Of a stretch of DNA of 64,000 nt, positions 19,260 through 27,963 are shown piece by piece. Position 1 is the stretch's first letter, and the number at the start of each line of letters is the position of its first letter. A model generated the notes under the pieces. The model was not told the DNA's origin, did not search any database, and was given only the letters and a program-made list of their open reading frames with translations. Position numbers and translations under genes: made by a program. The DNA comes from a virus: positions 32,207 to 96,206 of the IMG/VR virus record IMGVR_UViG_3300021479_000010; one strand, written 5' to 3'.

Positions 19260-20218
19260 GAATTTTAGTTACAGGCGCGGGTGGGTTTATAGGGCACCAT
19301 CTCGTTAAGAGATTAAAATACGAAGGACATTGTATTGTCGGCGTGGATTTAAAATATCCTGAATTTGAAGAATCCTGCGCCGACGAGTTTCAGATTGGCG
19401 ATCTCCGCGATTACGAAGTTTGCCTTGCAGCCTGCAAAGATATAGATGAAGTTTACAACCTCGCAGCAGACATGGGTGGTATTGGATATATTACCGCGCA
19501 TCTCGCAGACATATCACGGAATAATATCCTGATTAATGTCAATATGCTGGAGGCAGCGAGGGTTCAGAAAGTAAAAAAGTTTTTGTTCTCGTCTTCCGCT
19601 TGTGTGTATGCACAAAATAAGCAACACACTGCGGATGTGGTGCCTCTTAAAGAAGAGGACGCCTATCCAGCCGATCCCGAACCAGGGTATGGCTGGGAAA
19701 AATTGTTCACCGAGCAGATGTGTGAATATTATCGCAAAGACTATAATCTGGATGTCCGTGTCGTTCGTTTTCATAACGTATATGGTCCGCAAGGAACATA
19801 CGACGGAGGAAAAGAAAAATCCCCCGCCGCCTTGTGCCGTAAAGTCGCGAAAGCGCAATCGGGTGAAACGGTAGACATCTGGGGCGATGGCGAGCAGACT
19901 CGTTCATATATGTACATCGCTGATTGTGTAGACGGCCTTATACGGTTGATGGATTCTGATTATACTCCACCATTGAATCTCGGTACGGATGAGTTGGTGA
20001 CGATTAATGGATTGTTTGACAAGATTGCATATATTGCCGGGAAAGATTTAATCAAACAGCACGATCTTACGAAGCCGCAAGGTGTACGTGGACGAAATAG
20101 CGACAACCGCCAACTTCTGAAAGTATTGAAATGGCAGCCTGAAATTAAACTTGACTGGGGCTTGCAAGAAACATATAGATGGATTAACGAACAGGTCAAA
20201 GAATTTGTCCACAATTGA
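19256..20218 (+). CDS. GDP-mannose 3,5-epimerase-like extended SDR
   Basis: TGAGGFIG, NLAADMGGIGYI, SSACVY, YGWEK, GGKEKSPAALCRK and GVRGRNSDN are hallmark GME motifs. Confidence 0.88.
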   Translation: MRILVTGAGGFIGHHLVKRLKYEGHCIVGVDLKYPEFEESCADEFQIGDLRDYEVCLAACKDIDEVYNLAADMGGIGYITAHLADISRNNILINVNMLEAARVQKVKKFLFSSSACVYAQNKQHTADVVPLKEEDAYPADPEPGYGWEKLFTEQMCEYYRKDYNLDVRVVRFHNVYGPQGTYDGGKEKSPAALCRKVAKAQSGETVDIWGDGEQTRSYMYIADCVDGLIRLMDSDYTPPLNLGTDELVTINGLFDKIAYIAGKDLIKQHDLTKPQGVRGRNSDNRQLLKVLKWQPEIKLDWGLQETYRWINEQVKEFVHN

Positions 20219-21017
20219 ACAAATACGAGACTATTGGGATCAGCGCCCCTGCAATATACGGCACTCCGCCAAAGCAATCGGTACTCAGGAATACTGCGAC
20301 GAAACCGAGAAAAGGAAATATTTCGTAGAACCTCACATTCCTGATTTTGCCGATTTCAATATATGGCGCGGCAAGAAGGTTCTAGAAATCGGCTGCGGTA
20401 TCGGGACGGATACCGCGAATTTCGCCAGAGCCGGGGCGCACGTAACCGCAATTGATCTCTCTGAGAAATCTCTAAAAGTTGCTAAGCAAAGAGCAGAAAT
20501 CAATGGTCTCGATATTAAGTTTTATCAAGGTAACGCGGAAGAACTGGATAAGATAGTTCCCATAGAAGCATATGATTTGATTTACTCTTTCGGAGCGATT
20601 CATCATACGGTTAGCCCCGTAGAAATATTAAAACAGATCAAGAAGTATCTCGCGCCCGAAGGCGTTATCAAGATCATGGTGTACCATAGATTTTCGTGGA
20701 AGGTTCTACGAATCCTTGTGCTTTATGGGAAATGTCAATTCTGGAAATTGACGAAATTGGTTGCTACACATTCGGAAGCCGAAACGGGCTGCCCGGTCAC
20801 ACATACTTACTCTCGGAAATCGATTAAAGAATTGCTGGCCGTGCCCGGATTCAAAATACGATATGCCGAGATCGATCATATATTTCCTTACGACGTTTCC
20901 GAATATAAGCAATATCGATACAAAAAAGTCTGGTATTTCCGTTGGATACCGAAATGGTTATTTCGTAAACTGGAAAGAATATTCGGTTGGCATCTGATGA
21001 TTACAGCAACAACATGA
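20205..21017 (+). CDS. Class I SAM-dependent methyltransferase
   Basis: VLEIGCGIGTD; YDLIYSFGAIHH; start codon uncertain. Confidence 0.85.
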   Translation: MSTIEQIRDYWDQRPCNIRHSAKAIGTQEYCDETEKRKYFVEPHIPDFADFNIWRGKKVLEIGCGIGTDTANFARAGAHVTAIDLSEKSLKVAKQRAEINGLDIKFYQGNAEELDKIVPIEAYDLIYSFGAIHHTVSPVEILKQIKKYLAPEGVIKIMVYHRFSWKVLRILVLYGKCQFWKLTKLVATHSEAETGCPVTHTYSRKSIKELLAVPGFKIRYAEIDHIFPYDVSEYKQYRYKKVWYFRWIPKWLFRKLERIFGWHLMITATT

Positions 21018-22219
21018 AACTATCAGTAATTGGTTTAGGTAAACTCGGTAGTCCACTCGTCGCGTGTTTGGCTTCAAAAGGATTCGAAGTCATAGGCGTT
21101 GATGTGGACCAAGATAAGGTCCGAGCAATTAATGGCGGGCAGCATCCGCCAGTAGATGAACCGGGATTACAGGATTTGCTATTCGCGAATAGCGAACGGA
21201 TATCTGCAACAGTAGATACCCAATCTGCCGTATTAAAGTCCTCCGTTACTTTTGTAATCGTTCCTACGCCAAGCGACGAAAACGGAAGATTCTCCTTGAA
21301 GTATATCTTGCCGGTTTGTGAGAAAATCGGCGAGGCTCTTACTAGAAAATCCGAATTTCATATAGTAGTAATTGTTAGTACGGTTATGCCGGGCGACTGC
21401 GATGGCGAGATCAAGAAAGCTCTTGAGTCCGCAAGTGGACTGAAATGCGGAGAAGGATTCGGACTTTGTTATAATCCGGAATTTGTTGCTCTCGGATCGG
21501 TAATCAAAGACTTCCTGAATCCAGATTTTATTCTATTGGGATACGAAGACCCGCTTTCTAATTGCCGGGTTCGAAGTATTTACCAAAGAATTTGTTCCGC
21601 CCCGATCAGGGCAATGAATCGGATCAACGCCGAGATTGCTAAATTATCACTTAATTCTTATGTGACAATGAAGATTAGCTTCGCGAATATGCTATGTCGT
21701 ATTTGCGAACAAATTTCGGGCGCGGATGTAGATGTCATAACCGATGCTATTGGAACCGATTCCCGCATCGGACATAAATATTTAAAAGGTGCAGTAAGTT
21801 ATGGCGGCCCGTGCTTTCCGAGAGACAATCGAGCGCTGGCCGTCTTAGCCGAATCCGTGGGAACATCTTCTGAGATTCCAAAGACGATTGATCGATTCAA
21901 TCGTTTCCAAATTCAAGAAGTCGCGAATCTCGTAGAGAATAATAGAAAAGGACCCGTAACAGTTCTTGGTCTGCCCTACAAAGTAGGTACGGCGGTGATG
22001 GAAGAATCCGCCGGGGTCAGTATATTAGAAGAACTGCGGGGACGGAACATTCCAACTGATATTTATATTACTGAAACTACCGATACAATTGTACTTGCAC
22101 TTCCGTACACCGGCAATCCCATCCCCGACGGAAAAATCATAATCGATTGCTGGCGGGCGTTTCCGGAACTGAAAGAAAAAGCGAAGAAATATATCGCTCT
22201 TGGCCGATGCGACTCATAG
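21014..22219 (+). CDS. UDP-glucose/GDP-mannose 6-dehydrogenase family protein
   Basis: GLGKLG, VPTPS, STVMPG, YNPEF and YGGPCFPRD motifs; shortened C-terminal domain. Confidence 0.92.
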   Translation: MKLSVIGLGKLGSPLVACLASKGFEVIGVDVDQDKVRAINGGQHPPVDEPGLQDLLFANSERISATVDTQSAVLKSSVTFVIVPTPSDENGRFSLKYILPVCEKIGEALTRKSEFHIVVIVSTVMPGDCDGEIKKALESASGLKCGEGFGLCYNPEFVALGSVIKDFLNPDFILLGYEDPLSNCRVRSIYQRICSAPIRAMNRINAEIAKLSLNSYVTMKISFANMLCRICEQISGADVDVITDAIGTDSRIGHKYLKGAVSYGGPCFPRDNRALAVLAESVGTSSEIPKTIDRFNRFQIQEVANLVENNRKGPVTVLGLPYKVGTAVMEESAGVSILEELRGRNIPTDIYITETTDTIVLALPYTGNPIPDGKIIIDCWRAFPELKEKAKKYIALGRCDS

Positions 22220-22869
22220 CTGTTGTAACTTGTCATTCTTACGAGTACCCCAAACAAGATAGCGGGGCGGCGCATCATAGCCGAATCGATACCGTGCGGT
22301 CTTCGGCAATCCGACGAACTTGGCACAACGATTGGCTACGACACAAAGATGAGATCGATCTTAAGTTCTTTTATGGGCGGGGCGAACGCAGTCCAGAAGC
22401 GGACGAAGTTTTCCTAGACGTACCCGACGATTACTATAGTTTGCCTATCAAAGTTAAGGCCGTATTTCAATGGGCGCTGGATCATCACTATGATTTTTGT
22501 CTTAAAGTTGATGATGATGTTTTTGTTTGGGTTGATCGGCTTATTCGGAATTATCCTTCTGATGATTATCGCGGCTTTATGCTCGAAGCCTCGGAGGGCA
22601 AATACGCCAGCGGAACTGCCTATTGGCTCAGTCGAAAAGCAATGGAAGTGGTAGTAAAGGCGGAGTGGAATCCCGCAGACTTCGCAGAAGATAAATACGT
22701 GGGGCGCACATTAGCGTATAACGGCATCAACTTGGCTCACGACGACGGCTTCCAGTGCTGCAACTGTCCCGGATGCATGAGCCGATATTCAGAAGAAAAT
22801 AGAATTTCTTTACACACTACTTCTCCGGAAGAAATGGTCGCTTTACATAAAGCGAATAATAGAGTATAA
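22207..22869 (+). CDS. GT31 (beta-1,3-galactosyltransferase/fringe-like) glycosyltransferase
   Basis: AIRRTW, DDYYSLPIKV, KVDDDVFV, YASGTAYWLS and EDKYVG motifs. Confidence 0.85.
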   Translation: MRLIAVVTCHSYEYPKQDSGAAHHSRIDTVRSSAIRRTWHNDWLRHKDEIDLKFFYGRGERSPEADEVFLDVPDDYYSLPIKVKAVFQWALDHHYDFCLKVDDDVFVWVDRLIRNYPSDDYRGFMLEASEGKYASGTAYWLSRKAMEVVVKAEWNPADFAEDKYVGRTLAYNGINLAHDDGFQCCNCPGCMSRYSEENRISLHTTSPEEMVALHKANNRV

Positions 22870-22877
22870 TAAGTAGT

Positions 22878-23666
22878 ATGAAAGAAATACATTTGTCCGG
22901 TGGTTACACGGCTTTAGTGGACGATTGTGATTTTGATAGGGTCATGAATAGCGGGCAATGGCAGCCGCTTGTAGATAAACGCAAGGCTGACAGAACTGTT
23001 TATGCTCGTCGCAGCCTAACCTTACGCTCCAGAAAAGAAGCCAGAGATACCGGACTTCCTAGACGCAAAACCATCCTGCTTCATCGATTTATTCTGAACG
23101 TAGACGATGATGTTAAAGTAGATCATAAAGATGGAAACGGTCTCAACAACCAAAGAGATAATTTGAGAATTGCCACGCAATCTCAGAACAATCAAAACCG
23201 AAAAATATATCCTCACAAGAAGTATAAAGGAACGCACAAGAATTGGAATAAATGGTGGGCCGTCATTCGAATAAATGGTGGCGACGCAATTTACATAGGA
23301 AGTTTTGAAACGGAAGAAGAAGCAGCACGGGCCTATGATAAAGCGGCCAGAGAACACTTTGGGGAATTTGCTCGTTGCAATTTTGCTGCGTGGGGGAACA
23401 TGGCCGACGACATTATCCTTGGTGCCCGGCAACTCAAAAATCCTAAAGGTGTAAAGCCTGCTTGGGATGAACAACAGTTAACTACCTCTAAATTGCCGGG
23501 TGGCGGGACGCTGGATATAAGCAATGCTAGCGGCGCACCGCGAACGGATATGGCCAATCCACCAAAGAGTGAGATTACTAGAACTCACCCGCTAGAAGAT
23601 CATTTCGCGAAACCGAAGACGCGGCAACATTTCGGAGCGGGAACGGTGAAGATTACCGAAAATTAG
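22878..23666 (+). CDS. HNH-AP2 homing endonuclease, read in-frame into a downstream small gene (internal start 23400)
   Basis: LHRFIL..VDHKDGNGLNNQRDNLR; AP2 motif EEEAARAYDKAAREHFGEFA; internal GGGGG RBS and ATG at 23400. Confidence 0.85.
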   Translation: MKEIHLSGGYTALVDDCDFDRVMNSGQWQPLVDKRKADRTVYARRSLTLRSRKEARDTGLPRRKTILLHRFILNVDDDVKVDHKDGNGLNNQRDNLRIATQSQNNQNRKIYPHKKYKGTHKNWNKWWAVIRINGGDAIYIGSFETEEEAARAYDKAAREHFGEFARCNFAAWGNMADDIILGARQLKNPKGVKPAWDEQQLTTSKLPGGGTLDISNASGAPRTDMANPPKSEITRTHPLEDHFAKPKTRQHFGAGTVKITEN

Positions 23667-23750
23667 GCCCATGCTCGAACGTATACGAACCTTTTGCGCC
23701 GCGTTATCAGTTTTAATTCAGATAATCGTGCTCTATCTATTGAGGCATCG

Positions 23751-24125
23751 ATGAATGAATATTCCCTATTTTTCGATGGGGCGTGGAAGGCCGGAATTTC
23801 CTCATTTGGATTTACACTTTTTTTAGATAACGCGCAAATAGATTTTGGATACGGTTCGACTTTTGGCGATAAGCACGATGCCGAAGCATTCGCGCTCTGT
23901 CAAGGTTTAGACTGTTTCATTCGGCGAATTGATCGTCCTAGCGCAACTCTGCATATTTATGGCGATTCACAATTCATAATCAATACCGCTTATAAAAATT
24001 CCATTATTCGATCTAAGCTAAAACAGATCGAACAGATGACCTCGGGGATAAAGATTTCATGGATTCCGAGAGAATTAAATTCTTTAGCCAATAACTTGGC
24101 TAAGAAACTACGATCCTTACAATAA
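23751..24125 (+). CDS. RNase HI-like protein
   Basis: FFDGA, AEAFAL..GL, IYGDSQ and WIPRELN motifs. Confidence 0.75.
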   Translation: MNEYSLFFDGAWKAGISSFGFTLFLDNAQIDFGYGSTFGDKHDAEAFALCQGLDCFIRRIDRPSATLHIYGDSQFIINTAYKNSIIRSKLKQIEQMTSGIKISWIPRELNSLANNLAKKLRSLQ

Positions 24126-24182
24126 TTAGAGAAGCAGGAATAGCTAATACCTTACTCCGGCCCTCTTTAAATAGGAAATAAA

Positions 24183-24806
24183 ATGGCTATTGTTGTTAAT
24201 CAGGCTCCTGTGGCATTTAGCGCGATGACTTCCGGTTCGGGCACGTCTGCCCAGGTATGGCAGGTTAGTTCCACCGGTACTTCAGCTGGTGTTACTGCTG
24301 GCAATCTTTATTTGGATTCGGCATCGTCCAATCTTCTGAATGGTCGCCGATTTCAGGTTAGTGTTGGCGGGTGGGTTAAGGCGCACGGTGCGACTCAGAC
24401 GTTTGCTCCGGGCCTTCAAATTTTTCCGTGGAATACCACTGTTGCGGGCGGGCGAACGGCTTCTGGTACTGCAACTTATACCTCGCAAGCTTCTGGAACT
24501 CTCACTGCCGGTACGTTTTATGATTTTGTGATCATGCAGGAATTCTTCGGCGAAGCAAATGCTAATACTTTGATTTGTCTTCCCGCTTCGGTTTATGTGA
24601 ATAGCGGTACTGCTATTGCATCGACTACTGCGGCTTCTCCTATTACGGTTTCATTTGCTTCCGCTTCACAAACGGAACCCATTACCGGCATCAACGCCAC
24701 GACTGATTATCCGCTGGCCTCATTTGCAGTTACTTTTGCCAATAGTGTCAGTGATACCGTGGAAACAATGCAATTAACTTCCTTTAGCTTGCAGGTGACG
24801 GTGTAA
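24183..24806 (+). CDS. Putative virion structural protein (Ser/Thr/Ala-rich)
   Basis: Composition and AGGA RBS; beta-rich with very few charged residues. Confidence 0.6.
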   Translation: MAIVVNQAPVAFSAMTSGSGTSAQVWQVSSTGTSAGVTAGNLYLDSASSNLLNGRRFQVSVGGWVKAHGATQTFAPGLQIFPWNTTVAGGRTASGTATYTSQASGTLTAGTFYDFVIMQEFFGEANANTLICLPASVYVNSGTAIASTTAASPITVSFASASQTEPITGINATTDYPLASFAVTFANSVSDTVETMQLTSFSLQVTV

Positions 24807-25034
24807 TGAAAAAAGCAGATCGGATGCACAAACTGAGTATGGAACGGGCAGGCAAGACTCATATTGAGTCTTACTCCAAAAAGGGCGGATTCAACAGCGC
24901 AGGACACAAGCGCCAAGGAGACAACAAATACGCTTCCTACCCCGATGCTCCGAAAGACAATATGAACCCCGATTATTGCGGCGGGACCGATGGCTCCGCA
25001 ATGGGGAATATCCCAGAATAATTGGTGGTAGATA

Positions 25035-25403
25035 ATGACTCTAGAAGAGAAACAGCAAGAACTGCTTACTAAAAATAAGCAGCGTCGTTCAAAGCAGAAC
25101 AGCCGAAATGCTCGGGGGCCGCGAAAGCAGCCTACTCGCCGGTCCCCGCGTTCTGCTGTACCGTGGCTGAGAGGTATTCTGGCGGACCCCGCAATACCTA
25201 TCAGAGCCAAACTCTATGCCGCATACATGCTGGCATGTTTTGAGAAGATGAACGTTTTGTCTTACCAGGAATTCTACAAGTACAAAGAGGGCGAGGAATC
25301 TAGTGTTGAAAATGAAATCGCTGCGGCCTTCCAGATTCGACTCCCCGAAAAGTCCGGAAGCGGACAAACCGATCCAGCAAGGGAAGCAGTATCCGTGGGA
25401 TGA
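25035..25403 (+). CDS. Hypothetical basic protein (possible small terminase)
   Basis: Basic N-terminus and helical core upstream of TerL; function is a guess. Confidence 0.4.
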   Translation: MTLEEKQQELLTKNKQRRSKQNSRNARGPRKQPTRRSPRSAVPWLRGILADPAIPIRAKLYAAYMLACFEKMNVLSYQEFYKYKEGEESSVENEIAAAFQIRLPEKSGSGQTDPAREAVSVG

Positions 25404-25456
25404 CGATTCGGACGAGGGTCAGGACCCCGTAAACAGTAAGCACGAATGAGGCTCTA

Positions 25457-25825
25457 GTGCGATCTGACAGGACTCTAAAGAAATACTATCGGCTCATCAA
25501 TCGTAAATTCTTCGACAACGAACTACCCGATGATGTTTGCGTGCGGTGGTCTAACGAAGATGACGACGAAGAAGGATTCGAAGATAGATATTTCGGCATG
25601 GCTACGCGAGCCGATGACGGCTACCACAGCTATGTAATCATAATGAGCCGCGCATTAAATATAAAAGATTGTGTACGATTAAGCACTTTGGCACACGAAT
25701 GTTGTCATATAGCGACGGGCCTGAGAGACAACCACGGCCCTGCATTTTCAGCATGGCATCAGAAATTGACAGATAGAGGCTTGTTCAAGAAAGGTGCGGT
25801 TCGTAAAGGACTGACATTATTCTGA
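25457..25825 (+). CDS. SprT-like zinc metalloprotease
   Basis: NRKFFDNELP...TLAHECCH...HGPAF. Confidence 0.8.
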   Translation: MRSDRTLKKYYRLINRKFFDNELPDDVCVRWSNEDDDEEGFEDRYFGMATRADDGYHSYVIIMSRALNIKDCVRLSTLAHECCHIATGLRDNHGPAFSAWHQKLTDRGLFKKGAVRKGLTLF

Positions 25826-26151
25826 ATGTGGTGGTGGGCCATGAAAGAGAAGCCCAAACCCGATACAGCGGACATGGGCGCAGGAGAGCCGTGGCGATGT
25901 ACTTCGTGCGGCTGGTTTGTATATAACATAGGTTGGCTCGACGGGCGATACTGTCCGGTTGGAGGGGCTTCGGCGAGTAAATACATCAGCATCAACTTCC
26001 CCAAGGTATGCTGCGTTTGTTATGATTTGTACCATAACATTATCCAAGAAGATTATTGGAAGCACGTACAAGATACTGAGAACGCAAAAGTACGTAAGTT
26101 ACGTTCCGGTTCCGATTACTTGGGTGTCTAATCCTAATAGAAGTTGGGCTC

Positions 26152-26529
26152 ATGGATAAAATTCTGGCTTTTGTCCGTATTACCTATTTGTGGATGATAT
26201 TGCTGCCTGTCTCAATTATGTTTGTTGGCGCGGCTTCTAATCAGATAGTAATGATCGCCAATCACGATTCCTTTCCCGTTCTTGTGAACGATACGCGGTT
26301 CGAAAATCTACCGTCGGCGGGGATGATAGACAAGCAGCATTGCGTAATGACTAGCGAAACGCATTTGAATATGCTGGCGGATATCTTCGATTTTGGACAC
26401 GACGGGATCGAGAGTATTGGAGATTTGTGCTTGGATTTCGGTCAATGGTTGTGGACTTTTGCTCCTTATGTCTGGGGAGTGATAGTAATTAGGAAACTGT
26501 ATTTTTTAGACTATGAAGGAATTATTTAA
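26152..26529 (+). CDS. DUF5317-like membrane protein
   Basis: GAASNQIVMIAN...FPV...LADI...SIGD with hydrophobic segments. Confidence 0.6.
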   Translation: MDKILAFVRITYLWMILLPVSIMFVGAASNQIVMIANHDSFPVLVNDTRFENLPSAGMIDKQHCVMTSETHLNMLADIFDFGHDGIESIGDLCLDFGQWLWTFAPYVWGVIVIRKLYFLDYEGII

Positions 26530-26995
26530 GGATGTATACGTTGGAACGGATGATGATGTTCCTGAAGCACGAAAACGAAATTTTAATATTGTTCATGCCG
26601 AGAAAGATGGCGAGTATAGCCACAGGGCGTTGCTGAAGTATGAAACGCAAGGAGCCCCGAAAGGCTCTGATTATCTTTACGCAAAACGCCCCGGTAATTT
26701 GTATTTGAATCTGATTGACGCCGATGATCCTGCTTTTGTTCCCGATGCAGTAATTAACGAAGCGCTGGCGTTTATAAAACATAGTTTAGATGAAGGCAAA
26801 TCGGTTTTGATCCACTGCAATAAAGGTCTCAGCCGTTCGCCGACTATAGTTTTTCTTTACCTCTATTCAACCGGCAAATTGCCTCGCAATCATCATCAAG
26901 CGATCCGAGCGTTTCGTCGTTTATATCCGCAATATGATCCTAGCGTTGGACTCGAATTATACGCCAAACGGCGCATCAAGGAATTGAAAAGGTAA
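26513..26995 (+). CDS. Dual-specificity (PTP-family) phosphatase
   Basis: VLIHCNKGLSRS (HCX5R) motif. Confidence 0.88.
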   Translation: MKELFKDVYVGTDDDVPEARKRNFNIVHAEKDGEYSHRALLKYETQGAPKGSDYLYAKRPGNLYLNLIDADDPAFVPDAVINEALAFIKHSLDEGKSVLIHCNKGLSRSPTIVFLYLYSTGKLPRNHHQAIRAFRRLYPQYDPSVGLELYAKRRIKELKR

Positions 26996-26997
26996 CT

Positions 26998-27624
26998 ATG
27001 CAGAATCCTCTTAAGGGAATGATGGATACCAGCGATGCGGGGACGCTAGGAACCGCGCTGGCCGAGAAGCAAAAGATTATCGAGCAAGATAAATCCGCGC
27101 AGGCGGCGAAGCCCGATACGACTCCCGCGAAGACCACGATGGCGAGTCCCAAGGACAAGATCAATCCCAAGGCTGGATACGGTTCCGGCAAAGGCGAGAA
27201 GCGGATCGATACATCGGACATGGTGAAGCCGATAGGTAGTTTCCACAAGGGCGGAACGGTTCCGATGGACGGTCCCTATAATCTCAAAAAGGGCGAACAT
27301 GTTATGACCGCCCAACAGCATGGAAATATGAATCATGCTTTTGACCTTGCGGGGTCTGTGCTTGCTCAGCAAAGTCCAGAACCGGACATGCCCAAGAAGG
27401 AACTCAAAGAAATGCGTATTCGCAAGGGCGCGAATGGTGGACATATCGTAACACATATTCACACTCATATGATGCACCCCGATGAAGAACATGTCCATGA
27501 ACACACCGATGGACTGATTGATCATGTCATGCAGCACATGACTGAACCAAACGAGGGCGAAGCAGAGGCGGATGCGGGCGATCCTGGCATCGAAGCGGCA
27601 GAAAAAGCAGTGGGGTATAAATAA
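26998..27624 (+). CDS. Hypothetical phage protein with His-rich C-terminus
   Basis: FHKGGTVP..G...LKKGEHV motif; HIHTHMMH...HVHEH. Confidence 0.7.
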   Translation: MQNPLKGMMDTSDAGTLGTALAEKQKIIEQDKSAQAAKPDTTPAKTTMASPKDKINPKAGYGSGKGEKRIDTSDMVKPIGSFHKGGTVPMDGPYNLKKGEHVMTAQQHGNMNHAFDLAGSVLAQQSPEPDMPKKELKEMRIRKGANGGHIVTHIHTHMMHPDEEHVHEHTDGLIDHVMQHMTEPNEGEAEADAGDPGIEAAEKAVGYK

Positions 27625-27818
27625 TGGCAAAAGCAAAGAATCCAAGTCTGTACCGAGCAATGCATCACTTGAATAAAGGCGGGTTGCACCGTGCTCTCGG
27701 CGTTCCGGAAGGCGAGAAGATTCCCGAATCGAAGCTAGAAGCCGCGAAGAATTCCAAGAACAGCCATGTTCAGCACATGGCGAATTTTGCGGCAACTATG
27801 AAAGGATTTAAACACTAA
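27624..27818 (+). CDS. Small conserved phage protein
   Basis: KGGLHRALGVPEGEKIP motif. Confidence 0.7.
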   Translation: MAKAKNPSLYRAMHHLNKGGLHRALGVPEGEKIPESKLEAAKNSKNSHVQHMANFAATMKGFKH

Positions 27819-27963
27819 TGGGATATTTACTATGGTTTTTGAAACATCTTCCTTACTTTTTGATCGGAGCTTACGGAGCCTCTTTCGCGGAGTACAAGCT
27901 CAAATATAATCTTTATGATCTGACTAAGGACAAGATTGTTTCGCTGTTCAACAAGAAGAAATA

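Noticed and set aside
15457-22869. Host O-antigen/capsule locus (contig being bacterial chromosome)
   Set aside because: There are no wzx/wzy/ABC export genes, the operon is flanked by phage endonucleases, and it shares the phage-wide CCNCGCA and TGTCC-N6-GGACA motifs.
27046-27795. 249-aa minus-strand ORF and similar long antisense ORFs (24707-25210, 31935-32411, 56090-56527)
   Set aside because: They overlap well-supported plus-strand genes and have no recognisable motifs.
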